This document shows, in pieces, positions 49,805-59,584 of a DNA stretch of 64,000 bases (within the stretch, counting starts at the first letter, position 1; the number at the start of each line of letters is the position of its first letter). Under the pieces are notes generated by a model. It had not been told where the DNA came from. It saw only the letters and a list, made by a program, of their open reading frames with translations, and ran no database searches. This stretch comes from Candidatus Thorarchaeota archaeon (GTDB lineage Archaea > Asgardarchaeota > Thorarchaeia > Thorarchaeales > Thorarchaeaceae). A program made the position numbers and the translations under genes. The stretch covers positions 32,001-96,000 of the forward strand of contig JAGSHN010000032.1 in assembly GCA_029855935.1 (NCBI GenBank). Reading direction: 5' to 3'.

Positions 49805-51133
49805 TCATATGACAACGTTCTCAGGCTCAACCTGTCTGTGTTTGAGACTGAGCGCATCGGACGGAATCTTTCTCCCTCCGTAGAGCTCCGCCTCGGGCTG
49901 CCCACGGTAGAGTGCGTCGGCAATCCTGGCCAGAGCGTCCGACTTCATTATCCCGCTGCCGCTGGCCCCGTTGACCACAATGACGCCGTTCTCCTTGTAC
50001 ACTGTGGGGATGGCATCGGGCGAGTAGCTGTATCCGCCGCCCCAGCCTCCGACCGGCTTCACATCCGCGAATGCCGGGAAGTACTTTGAGAGCACAGGAT
50101 AGAGGCTCAGCTCGTAGTATGAGATCTCTGAGTTGGCATAGTCCTCTGTCTGAACATAGTCATAGGCCCGACCGAGTTTGTCGCCGCAGCCAATCCAGAA
50201 GCCCTTCTCCTCCAGCTGGGGTCTGAAGTAGACCGAGCCGCCTGCGCCGGCTGTCGGCAGGATGACGAACGGGATGCAGCCCAACTCATTGAAGCCCTTG
50301 GTGTAGAGCAGGTCAAGTAGATCCTTCTTGTCCTGCGCGTGGATGACGAACAGCTGTCGTTTCTTTGCCTTCAGGAGGCTGTTCATTCCAATCGGGTCCA
50401 GTAGCTCGTTGGCCCACGCGCCTGTCGCCAGTACTGTGGTCTCCGCCCTGAGAACCTCACCCTTGTCTGTCACTACTCCGTTGACGCGTTTGAACTGCCA
50501 GACGAATGGCTCACCCGGTAGGTCGAGCTTCGGGTCGGCCTCGAGAAGCAGTCTTGTCACGTTGACGCCAAAGCGTGGCTTGACATGTGAGATCTTCTTG
50601 AACTCCTCGTAGTAGAAGTCCACCAACCGTGTCGGGTCGAGCACACCGCAGTCTGCACCGAAGAGGCCATAGGCAACCTCCCTGAGATTCATCAGCTCGG
50701 CCTCCTCGTCGTTACTGAAGTCAGTGTTCAGTCCAGGGATCAGCTCCTTGAGCTCCTCCTTGTTGTAGACCCTGAAGTGAACGCCCGACCTCTCCATCCG
50801 CTCCATCCATAGCTTGACGCTCTCGTGATTGAACTGCTCCTCGCCGAGCAGCCAGAGGTAGCCGACCTTCTCGAACATCAGCTCGTGACCCATCTCTTCC
50901 TGAATATGTTCAAAGAACTTGATGCTGGTGTCGGTCAGGAGCTGGTTCGTGGAAGATGCGAACATATTTCGGACAGCCGCGGCACTCATTGCGGTGTTCG
51001 CCTGTCCGGGTGCCGACAGTCTGTCGATGAGAAGAATGCGTTTGTCGGGGTTGTTCTTCTGAATGTAGTAGGCCGTGGCCACGCCCAGTACACCAGCCCC
51101 GACCACGATGACGTCAAAGGTCTCATCGCTCAC
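49805..51133 (-). CDS. FAD-dependent oxidoreductase (DAO / sarcosine oxidase beta / proline dehydrogenase family)
   Basis: VVGAGVLG, LATGAW, SPDAIP, GASGSGIM. Confidence 0.9.
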   Translation of the reverse strand: MSDETFDVIVVGAGVLGVATAYYIQKNNPDKRILLIDRLSAPGQANTAMSAAAVRNMFASSTNQLLTDTSIKFFEHIQEEMGHELMFEKVGYLWLLGEEQFNHESVKLWMERMERSGVHFRVYNKEELKELIPGLNTDFSNDEEAELMNLREVAYGLFGADCGVLDPTRLVDFYYEEFKKISHVKPRFGVNVTRLLLEADPKLDLPGEPFVWQFKRVNGVVTDKGEVLRAETTVLATGAWANELLDPIGMNSLLKAKKRQLFVIHAQDKKDLLDLLYTKGFNELGCIPFVILPTAGAGGSVYFRPQLEEKGFWIGCGDKLGRAYDYVQTEDYANSEISYYELSLYPVLSKYFPAFADVKPVGGWGGGYSYSPDAIPTVYKENGVIVVNGASGSGIMKSDALARIADALYRGQPEAELYGGRKIPSDALSLKHRQVEPENVVI

Positions 51134-51452
51134 GATGGTAGCCTCCGTACGAACGCTACCGGGCTGAAGTCAGCCGCCCTATAACAGTTTGCCTCGCCCC
51201 TGTGAGTAGGTGCTGACCAGGAAAGAGATGTGGGCAGGCCACACGGCATCCTGAATGTGCGACGCGTTGTCAGGCATCCCACGCAGTGGCGTAGCCAACA
51301 CGAGTGCGACATAGAGCATCGTTATTGGCGATTCCATTGCGCGGCTTCATTGATAACTATAGGCTGCGGATGCGTGCGAGGCTGCACATTCCTCTGTCAC
51401 CGGGTTGGCCGACGCAAGAGATCCCATCCAGGCTGCCACAGAGCCTGCCCGT

Positions 51453-52274
51453 CTATTCTGTGGGCGGTGGCACTGTCAGCTGATAGCGGTCATTGAACAT
51501 CTCCCTGAGGAACAGTCGCGAGACTATGATGCCACAGACGACCGTGGCGAGGAATATCATGATGAAGATGATCACTTGGTAGAAGGCCGCGGCGACCGGG
51601 TTGGCACCGCCAATGATCATTCCACTCATCAGGCCGGGGATGCTGACGATGCCCAGAGAGGCGTATCGGTTGAGGTTCGGCAACATACCGCTCCTTATCG
51701 CCTCACGTATGGTGAGCTCTGTGGCCTGTAGCGGTGTCGCGCCCAGAGCGAGAGCAGTTTCCATCAGTGCTCTCTGTTTCTGTGCATTGGACCACATCCT
51801 GTCGAGAATGAGGCTCGTCATCCCCATAGAGTTGCCAATGACCATCCCACCCATCGGGATGATGAATTCGCCCCTCTGCTGGATTATGCCCAGAAACGTC
51901 ACAAGGAGCATCACGCCGACTCCCCCTACGATGACTCCAGGCAGAGACGTCCTAAAGACACCGGGAATGTAGTCCAGATTGCCACGTACTGTGTAGGCAG
52001 CGAAGGTTGCCATGAATAGCAGCACTGCAAAGATGATGATCATATCCTCAAGAGCAAATATCTCAACGAGAATGAGGGCCATCAGGATAATCTGAATGGT
52101 ACCCCTGATTGTCCCGACTATGAGTTTGTTCCCGACGCCAAGGCCCTGCCATCTGTTGAGAAGGAGAATGATTGCCAGAAGTATCATAGCCACGACATAG
52201 CCCTGCGCCGCCGTGACGACCTCTGGTGGCAGAGTCGCGAGCCAGTCCATCAGCGTTGGTATCTGAATCATCAT
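51453..52274 (-). CDS. fetB: Iron-export ABC permease FetB (UPF0014)
   Basis: IPMGGMVIGNSM, GIVSIPGLMSGMIIGG. Confidence 0.9.
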   Translation of the reverse strand: MMIQIPTLMDWLATLPPEVVTAAQGYVVAMILLAIILLLNRWQGLGVGNKLIVGTIRGTIQIILMALILVEIFALEDMIIIFAVLLFMATFAAYTVRGNLDYIPGVFRTSLPGVIVGGVGVMLLVTFLGIIQQRGEFIIPMGGMVIGNSMGMTSLILDRMWSNAQKQRALMETALALGATPLQATELTIREAIRSGMLPNLNRYASLGIVSIPGLMSGMIIGGANPVAAAFYQVIIFIMIFLATVVCGIIVSRLFLREMFNDRYQLTVPPPTE

Positions 52275-52277
52275 TGT

Positions 52278-52931
52278 CTATTGACCTCCTCTTGAGTTGC
52301 CAATCTCTATTATCCTGTCTGCCAAGCGCTGGGCCTGTTCGCTATTGTGTGTCACAATCATCACGCCGATGTCTTGGTCACTGATCACGCGCTGAATGCT
52401 CTCCTCAACGACCTCTGTGGAGTCATCATCCAGAGCTGCTGTCGGCTCGTCCAGCAGCAGGACCTCGGGCTCCAGCAGGAGGGCCCTCGCAATGGCCACA
52501 CGCTGCTTTTCCCCTCCCGAGAGATTCCCTGCGGTCTTGTCGAGCATAGAAACAGGGAGGTTGACCTGACTGAGAACATCCCTGAGCCTCTCCTCGGACG
52601 CCTCAAGCCTGTGAATCCGCAGTCCCCAGAGAAGATTCTCCCTGACATTGCCCGGAAACATGCTGGCCTGTTGAGGAACGAGAATCATACTTCTACGCAA
52701 TTCTCGTGGGTCCCATTCGGTCACGTCCTTGCCGTGAAAGAGCACCCTTCCGGCCGTCGGCGAGACGAGGTTGACCGCTATCCTGAGGAGCGTGCTCTTG
52801 CCGCCTCCGCTGGGCCCTGAGATTCCTATGGTCTCGCCGTGATTCAGTGCAAGATTGAGGTCCCTGAAGAGGACCCTCTCACCAAAGGCCATTGTGACAC
52901 CCATCATCTGTAGGACTGGTCCTTCGCCCAT
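52278..52931 (-). CDS. fetA: ABC ATP-binding protein FetA-like
   Basis: GPSGGGKST, LSGGEKQR, LLDEPT; upstream of fetB. Confidence 0.88.
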   Translation of the reverse strand: MGEGPVLQMMGVTMAFGERVLFRDLNLALNHGETIGISGPSGGGKSTLLRIAVNLVSPTAGRVLFHGKDVTEWDPRELRRSMILVPQQASMFPGNVRENLLWGLRIHRLEASEERLRDVLSQVNLPVSMLDKTAGNLSGGEKQRVAIARALLLEPEVLLLDEPTAALDDDSTEVVEESIQRVISDQDIGVMIVTHNSEQAQRLADRIIEIGNSRGGQ

Positions 52932-53108
52932 CAGTTGATCGCCAAATTGGTGCAGCAATGCAAGACCTACTTAGATGTTTCAGTGACAGCCACACTCAGC
53001 TGGACAATGCCCGCTGGACGAGTCAGACGCGGCCAGTGCTGGCGAGTCAACTCCATCTGCGCAAAGCACTTATGGGCACGCCTAGACGGGTGCTCGGAGG
53101 TATGACGC

Positions 53109-54116
53109 TTGCCGGGCCTCGTAGTCAGACGTAGTAACGGGGAACTTAGGTGGTACCCCTTCTTCAAGCACGGTGATACCTACACCTTCTACCCCGACAA
53201 GGAGTACGGTGAGGATGAGACTGGGAGACGAGTTGGACGTGGCTTCAAATTCGAGAAGTACCTGCCCGGTTACTGGATGCCAGCCAAGTCGCCCGTGAGG
53301 CATCGCCGTATCGGCGGTGGTAACTCGCTGGTCGTTCTGGAGAAGGATGGTGACCTTAAGTTCTATCGGTTCGAGGGCTTCACATTTATGGTCAGCGACA
53401 CAGGAAAGAAGGTCGGAAGGGGCTTCAAGTCCGACTGGGACTATGTGGTGGCCGAGTGGACCGGGAATGGCACCAGCGACCTTCTTGTGAGGGATGAGGA
53501 TGGCAATCTGAGACTGTTCCCGTGGAACGGTGAGAAGTTCATTGACCTCGGCGGCGATGAGAAGGTCGGTGTGGGCTTCAAGAAGGACAAGTTCACTCAT
53601 CTCTTTGCGGGCTACTGGACTGGCGGAGACACACCCGACCTTGTGGCCAGAGAGCGCGATGGCGACCTCTGGCTGTACCTCTTCGATGGGAAGACCTTCC
53701 GCGGCCACGGGAAGCCGCGCAAGATCGGCCGCGGGTTTGGCAACCAGTTCACGCACTACTTCGTCGACGAGTGGATGGGCAACGGCACGCCCGACCTGAT
53801 TGTCCGTCACAAGAACGGCAACCTGATTCGATATCCATATGGCAAATTCGATTCTTCAAAAGATCACTACGTGTTTGCCGAACCGCCATACGCCACTGTT
53901 GGTCGGGGGTTCAAGAGCGACTGGACATACATCGTGGGCCACTGGCGACAGCCCGGTCATCCCGACCTCCTGGTATGCGACAATCATCACAATATGCGGT
54001 TCTACCCATTCGAGAACGGCGAGTTCGTGGAACTACCAAAGGACCAGAAGTTTGTCGGCCGGGACTGGAAGTTCACCCACTACTGGGACTTCTATCCGGT
54101 CGAGGAACAGGGATAG
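53109..54116 (+). CDS. FG-GAP / tachylectin-like beta-propeller repeat protein
   Basis: Six repeats of PDLxVRxxxGxLxxYxF...VGRGF; TTG start after GGAGGT. Confidence 0.8.
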   Translation: MPGLVVRRSNGELRWYPFFKHGDTYTFYPDKEYGEDETGRRVGRGFKFEKYLPGYWMPAKSPVRHRRIGGGNSLVVLEKDGDLKFYRFEGFTFMVSDTGKKVGRGFKSDWDYVVAEWTGNGTSDLLVRDEDGNLRLFPWNGEKFIDLGGDEKVGVGFKKDKFTHLFAGYWTGGDTPDLVARERDGDLWLYLFDGKTFRGHGKPRKIGRGFGNQFTHYFVDEWMGNGTPDLIVRHKNGNLIRYPYGKFDSSKDHYVFAEPPYATVGRGFKSDWTYIVGHWRQPGHPDLLVCDNHHNMRFYPFENGEFVELPKDQKFVGRDWKFTHYWDFYPVEEQG

Positions 54117-54255
54117 ACGACGAGGGCGGAGCCCGGGCCAGCCGACAATTGGCCCCCGCAGTGGAAAGTGGGCGAACAAGGCCAGTCCCTCCACCGGAAC
54201 CGTCCGCAACGGTCTTAAGCTCGTCAGTAGAGCTCCATCTCCGGGTGTGACGAGA

Positions 54256-55035
54256 ATGGCGGACGGTCTGAGCACGCAGGAAGGTTTCGAGCTGTTTGGT
54301 GGAATTAGTGAGACGAAGCAACACGCTATAGGGGTTTTGCTGGCCGCGGTATACGGCGTTGCCAGTGCCGTACCAATCAGCGCCTTTCTCGGCGCGGTGG
54401 GTGTCAGCGGTGCCATCGGCTTCTCGATCTGTATTGCGCCGCTCTTTGGCATCTTGCTGGGGCCCTCACGAGGCTTTGCCTACGGGCTTGTTGCTGGTAT
54501 CATACAGCTTATGGTAGCCGTGTTCGTGCCGACAGCGGTCGTGCCTCTCATTGTGCCGACAATTCCCCTCGGCCCTGCCGTGTCGGGCCTGTTTACCGGT
54601 CTTGCACTGCGTCCGCGCACGACCCTGGGAGGGATCTCGTTGCCTGGTCCGCTGCTGACGGCGGGGTACCTGATGGCCATCATCATCCTCTACGAGATAC
54701 CGAATGGCCAGGCGTGGTGGTTCCCTGCCGTCTTGATGCTGGCTGTGGTGGTGGCTCTGGCCCTGCAGGTCACTGGATTCGAGTTCGATCCCGAGTCGTT
54801 CGGTCCTCGCCGATATCTGCAGCTCCTGCCTCTGGCCCTGATAGGAACGGCAACGGATTTCTCCACGATGATGATGGGCGCGGTCTACCTAATGGCAATT
54901 CCCGCCCCTACATTTGGCTGGGTGATATTCCCCTTTATGTTGATCGAGAGGACAGCCGCGACCCTTATCAGCGCCGCAGTCGCAGCAGCCGTTCTGGCGG
55001 CGTTCCCCGAAGTGTTCTACTCAGTATCTTCGTGA
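54256..55035 (+). CDS. Membrane protein, ECF S-component-like
   Basis: IAPLFGILLGPSRG, about 8 TMs, IERT near the C-terminus. Confidence 0.65.
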   Translation: MADGLSTQEGFELFGGISETKQHAIGVLLAAVYGVASAVPISAFLGAVGVSGAIGFSICIAPLFGILLGPSRGFAYGLVAGIIQLMVAVFVPTAVVPLIVPTIPLGPAVSGLFTGLALRPRTTLGGISLPGPLLTAGYLMAIIILYEIPNGQAWWFPAVLMLAVVVALALQVTGFEFDPESFGPRRYLQLLPLALIGTATDFSTMMMGAVYLMAIPAPTFGWVIFPFMLIERTAATLISAAVAAAVLAAFPEVFYSVSS

Positions 55036-55062
55036 TGACAATCGGGTGGCGGTCATTGAGGC

Positions 55063-55692
55063 TCACAGGCCGAGGCCACGTGCGGTCTCCGCAATGACTG
55101 TCCTGATGGCCCGCATCTCGTCATCAAGTCTCATTGTGGGCAGTGTCGCTGTTCGCTTCTGTATGGCCTGCTCAGGCAGAGGCGGGACGTGTACAAAACC
55201 GATGACCCCGCTAATCTGACCCGTGTGCCGCCAGTGGAGAAGATTGTAGAACAGCCAGTTGCATCCGTACGTCCCGGCGTGGTAGCTCACCTCTGCAGGA
55301 ATTCCCATCTCCCTCAGTCTCTGGGCAAGACCCGTCACGTCGAGCATCGAGAAATAGGCGGCTGGGCCGTCGGGAATGATGACGTCTGTCTCGGGGAGGT
55401 TGCCATAGTTGTCCTCCCGCTGTGTGCTCACTGCGTTGATGGCGATCCGCTCGAGCGTGATTGCACCCCTGTTCGCCTGTCCGCACGCTATGATGACGGC
55501 GGGGGCTGTCTCACCAATTAGCCTTCGGGCCTCGGACAGACAGGATGTGTAGTCCAGCGGCAGCTGGGCGCCCACAACGGTCAACCCCTCTATTTCTCCA
55601 CCGTCAAGGGAAAGTGCGACCTCCGCTGAGGGGTTTATCTCGAAGTCATCAAAGGGCTCGAAACCTGTGACCAACACGTTCTCTAGTGCCAT
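55063..55692 (-). CDS. pcp: Pyroglutamyl-peptidase I
   Basis: VTGFEPF, ERIAIN, AGTYGCN, GFVHVP (E-C-H triad). Confidence 0.95.
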   Translation of the reverse strand: MALENVLVTGFEPFDDFEINPSAEVALSLDGGEIEGLTVVGAQLPLDYTSCLSEARRLIGETAPAVIIACGQANRGAITLERIAINAVSTQREDNYGNLPETDVIIPDGPAAYFSMLDVTGLAQRLREMGIPAEVSYHAGTYGCNWLFYNLLHWRHTGQISGVIGFVHVPPLPEQAIQKRTATLPTMRLDDEMRAIRTVIAETARGLGL

Positions 55693-55707
55693 TGTGACCA
55701 CCCACAT

Positions 55708-56397
55708 CTATGAAGCGTGGAGCATCGAGACCGCCCCACATATGAAAAGGGCCCCGAGGACAATCTGAAACACACCGACGCCAACATTCAACCAGTTGAT
55801 GCCTCCAATGTTGGCGTGCCGTCGCACCCTGTCGGTCCCCAGAGACAGGAATGCTCCATATATCAGATCGGTCGATATGTGGGTGACGTAGACGAGAATG
55901 CCAGCAATGAACAATGCGCCGACTCCAGCCTGTATCCCGACAACGAGCACGGTCACGGTAGAGAGGCCGATGGCAAACCACCACAGTATGAAGTACGGCG
56001 ACAGAATGCTGACCAGAGCGCCTTGGGTGATGGCAGCAAGAAGACTCACACGGCTCCGAGACACGGGGTCCGACATCTCATCGTCAGGCGAGATGCGATA
56101 GTCGCGGAGAGCTAGTAGTCCGAACAGCACCACGACCGATCCCCCAAAGAGCAAGATCATCGCGACCGTCTGGTCTGTCAGCGCAATTGTCTGGAGGCTC
56201 ACAACAATGGCCGCCACTATCACTAGTTCCACGATGGCGTGACCAACCATCGGCAGCATGCCAAAGGCCCTCCCGCCAGTCGTGGCATTCTGGATGACGG
56301 CAGCTGAAAGTGGTCCAGGCGCGAGCGCCCCCGTGAGCGAGAGGAGGAACCATGCCACCAGCGCCTCTACAACCGTCACGTCGGTGTCACTCTCCAT
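55708..56397 (-). CDS. LysE-family translocator
   Basis: GALAPGP, GHAIVE, SPYFILWW. Confidence 0.88.
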   Translation of the reverse strand: MESDTDVTVVEALVAWFLLSLTGALAPGPLSAAVIQNATTGGRAFGMLPMVGHAIVELVIVAAIVVSLQTIALTDQTVAMILLFGGSVVVLFGLLALRDYRISPDDEMSDPVSRSRVSLLAAITQGALVSILSPYFILWWFAIGLSTVTVLVVGIQAGVGALFIAGILVYVTHISTDLIYGAFLSLGTDRVRRHANIGGINWLNVGVGVFQIVLGALFICGAVSMLHAS

Positions 56398-56592
56398 AGA
56401 CCGGAATGGCTCACGGGCTTTTCAGTGTATATATAGAATGGACACATACGATGCCGTCTGCCTGTTGGCGAATGGGCAGGACAATGCAGTCACCTATTCT
56501 TCCACAGTGAGGCCAGCCTCCGTGCTGAGATACGAAAGATTCATTTTGAGTCGTGTAGGCGGTTTAACAACACTATTCTTGGAGAAGAGGAA

Positions 56593-57282
56593 ATGAAGTA
56601 CGCTATCAATGCAATTCTTGCGCTTGCAATCATCGCGATGTTCATGGTTTCTCCGGTCGCCGCCGCTACCTCACAGGGTCTTGAGTGGGGCATCCACACT
56701 GGCGACAGGTTTGATTTCACCCTCAGGTCGAGTGAAACTGGCTTGAACGAACAGATCTACTTGAACATCACGTCGATGCCGGCGACTGCAATCCCCGACC
56801 CCTTGACATCATGGGGTAGTATACCAGACCCCGATGTCGGCGCGTACTGGGCGAACGGCACATCGATGGGGCTCTATATCCTTGTCTTCCTTGGCCTGCT
56901 GTCAACGGGAGGAAAGATTGCCGTACCTGTGGGCAATTTCTCCCTACTCACGAATCTCCTTGCGCCAGAGCTCATAGGGGAGGACTTCATCAACGATGCC
57001 AGTGTATGGGGTGTCGAGCTGGTGCATGAGCTCAACTCCACGCACGAGGGACACATCCGTGTGACGTACTCAAAGTCAGACGGCTTCCTTGCTGAGTACA
57101 TTCTAACCATGGTCGTTTCGGCCACGGACGAGGTCGTACAGGAGCTGTCCGCCAGGAGAAACAACCTTGGCGGTGGTATTGGAATCGACCAGCTAGTCCA
57201 GCTTGCAAAGGACAATGCCCTGTACATCGGTGCTGCAGTCGTCGTTCTGGTGATCCTCGGCGTTGTCTGCAAGAGGCGATAG
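56593..57282 (+). CDS. Secreted, C-terminally anchored hypothetical protein
   Basis: Signal peptide, GLEWGIHTGDRFDF, YSKSDGFL, C-terminal TM + KRR. Confidence 0.75.
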   Translation: MKYAINAILALAIIAMFMVSPVAAATSQGLEWGIHTGDRFDFTLRSSETGLNEQIYLNITSMPATAIPDPLTSWGSIPDPDVGAYWANGTSMGLYILVFLGLLSTGGKIAVPVGNFSLLTNLLAPELIGEDFINDASVWGVELVHELNSTHEGHIRVTYSKSDGFLAEYILTMVVSATDEVVQELSARRNNLGGGIGIDQLVQLAKDNALYIGAAVVVLVILGVVCKRR

Positions 57283-57292
57283 TGGAATGTGA

Positions 57293-57322
57293 CGGGGCTA
57301 GAGGCCCCGCCCCTCTCTTTTT
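57293..57322 (+). terminator. Hairpin + pyrimidine run between convergent genes
   Basis: CGGGGC-TAGAG-GCCCCG followed by a CT/T run. Confidence 0.45.
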
Positions 57323-57412
57323 CTCCTCCTGCTGTGCTCTACCAGCGAGGACTCCGGACGAAACTGGATATGGGGCCGTGTAGCCAGTGCGAAACGGCAG
57401 TTCTGGCTGGAC

Positions 57413-59344
57413 TCACTCCCGATGGTTCTTCCGAAGGTGCGCAATAGTTGCTGCTGTGAACCCTGCAGCGACGGCTGCGGCGACGACTGTGACGCCGAGC
57501 GATATCGGGCGGAGGCCGAGTATTCTCCCAATGCCATAAAGACCTGTGGTGTCACTGTCATTGACTGGCGGACTGGTGATCGTTGTGTCTGGAGTTCCGG
57601 GTGTTGATGGACTCTGAGGGGAGTGGACGATGTTGAAGGGATGTTCTCTGTTTATAACGAGCTGGAGGTTGCTGTGCTCATCCCACGCGGAGATGGAGAA
57701 AGGACCCGATGTGACAACGGATTCGACGGACTGGTCGAACCGCCAGTGAACTAGCTGGTCGGTGGTCCAGTTGGAGATTATGTGAGCAGGTAGAACGGGG
57801 AGCGTGCCAACACGAAGGAGGTTCCAGTATGACTCGTCCTTGAACTCGATGACGATTGACCTCCTGTCGTCTGTGGTGACCTGGGCCACATTCTGGACAC
57901 ACCGATGGAGCCACAGACCTGAGGCCATCCTGAGAGAGTCAATCGTCTGTTTGACATCATACGATGTCACTGGCATTCCATCACTCCAAGTAAAGCCTTG
58001 TCTTAGAGTGAAACGGATCTGCATCCTCCCCTCTGGGACGTTGGGGTCGTCGTGGTGGGTATCGATCTGAAAGGTCCGGGCAAGCCACATATCCGGTTCT
58101 CCGGAGGGCCTTCTGCGCAGGAGACTGTCGTAGGCGAGAGAGAGTATGGTCCTGCGCAGGTCGTGTGCCAGTGCAGATACCTCGATGAGAATCACTGTGC
58201 CAGGAAGAACAGTCCTGCCTGCTCGGAATGTCCCCCCGACAGGGCCCCCCTGCTCCTGTTTTAGGCGCACCAGATATGGTGTCCACCAGCTGAAGAAGCC
58301 ATCTTCGATCGTGAACACGGGGTCCTCTAGTTTCTCACTGTTCCATAGTTGATAACGATACTCCTGGCAGATCGGTATGAAGGGGCATTGCTCAGCGACT
58401 ATTCTCTGCATCTCGATTGCAGCATCGTAGACTTCGGAATAGCTTGAGGCGTGGAGGAACTGGTTTCGATAGAAGTCGAACGTGTTGTTCCTGAACTTTG
58501 GGAGATTGACATATGGTCGGTCTGCATTGCCCGACCAGAACTCGTCTGCCATCCAGATAATGTCATTGAACCGCGGATAGAGCACGTGCAGAAAGAAGAA
58601 ATAGCGTTTCTCGCGCTCGATGCTGAGTAGCTCGCTAACGCTCCACTCATCGTAGACTATGAGCTGGCTCTGTATTCCAATGTCTTCCAGAGTCGACACT
58701 ATTGTCTGGCCCGCGGCCCGGGCCTGCGGCGAGTCGTGTGTCACAACTGGGAGGATCCCGAACTCGACACTCGCCCGACCCAGTGGTCCCGGGCCTTCCA
58801 AGTAGCTGTCATTATCGGAGTCAAAGAATCCCGCATTCGCAAGAACCTGTCGGGCCTTTGTGACGAGTCCGTAGCGGTACATCGGACCTATGACCTTCTC
58901 GGCTGTGAAGGGGTCTGTTGGAGGGATGCAGGCCTCAAGAGTTCTGCCGGAGTTGTTCATCGCATCACGGAGAATCGCAACCTTGTCGATTGCGAAGGCA
59001 ACGGCCCTCCGGAATTGCGTAATATTAAGGGGATATCTCTCAGTGTTCAGTGATAGGGACCAGTACCAATCGCAGGGGATCATCACAGTGCGAACAGACT
59101 GTGTAGTATTGATCTGTGACAGGCGGTCGTATCGGACCGGGTCAAGTGCCATATCGATGTCGCCATTCTGCAGGGCCACGAGTTCCTCGTCGGTATTGGA
59201 CAGCCCGACATAGTCGATTCTGTCTACGTAGCCCCCATACGGTGGAGTGGAGGCCATAGTCTTCTTGGCGACTATCTGTGGAGATACTGCTGCGAGCAGG
59301 ACTAGACTGATTGCGATGATGCCCACGCCACGCCTTACCAACAA
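57413..59344 (-). CDS. ABC transporter substrate-binding protein family 5 (circularly permuted), membrane-anchored
   Basis: ALQNGDID and FRRAVAFAIDK precede GGTF...YDSL...WLA...WSDGMPVTSYDV; C-terminal TM. Confidence 0.85.
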   Translation of the reverse strand: MLVRRGVGIIAISLVLLAAVSPQIVAKKTMASTPPYGGYVDRIDYVGLSNTDEELVALQNGDIDMALDPVRYDRLSQINTTQSVRTVMIPCDWYWSLSLNTERYPLNITQFRRAVAFAIDKVAILRDAMNNSGRTLEACIPPTDPFTAEKVIGPMYRYGLVTKARQVLANAGFFDSDNDSYLEGPGPLGRASVEFGILPVVTHDSPQARAAGQTIVSTLEDIGIQSQLIVYDEWSVSELLSIEREKRYFFFLHVLYPRFNDIIWMADEFWSGNADRPYVNLPKFRNNTFDFYRNQFLHASSYSEVYDAAIEMQRIVAEQCPFIPICQEYRYQLWNSEKLEDPVFTIEDGFFSWWTPYLVRLKQEQGGPVGGTFRAGRTVLPGTVILIEVSALAHDLRRTILSLAYDSLLRRRPSGEPDMWLARTFQIDTHHDDPNVPEGRMQIRFTLRQGFTWSDGMPVTSYDVKQTIDSLRMASGLWLHRCVQNVAQVTTDDRRSIVIEFKDESYWNLLRVGTLPVLPAHIISNWTTDQLVHWRFDQSVESVVTSGPFSISAWDEHSNLQLVINREHPFNIVHSPQSPSTPGTPDTTITSPPVNDSDTTGLYGIGRILGLRPISLGVTVVAAAVAAGFTAATIAHLRKNHRE

Positions 59345-59584
59345 GTCCTCACTTCCAGACGTCCCGATATTTCTGTCAATACGAACAGGATATCAGGTAT
59401 AAGCTATCTTGTTGACGTAGCAACACATTGGCGCCAACCTACCAGTCTATTTGGTGATGGCCGTTGCAGTTGGGCCTCCCTCTTCTCCGCGGGAGAGGCC
59501 GTTTTCGGGCCGTGGCTGCTGCGACCCAATAGGCTTAATAGACTGGGGGCATCAGCGGTCGAGGACCTAGGGAGCGGTTCATCT

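Noticed and set aside
53109-54116. Periodic DNA similarity as a CRISPR or DGR-type repeat
   Set aside because: Repeats are degenerate, in frame and explained by protein propeller blades; no cas or reverse transcriptase gene
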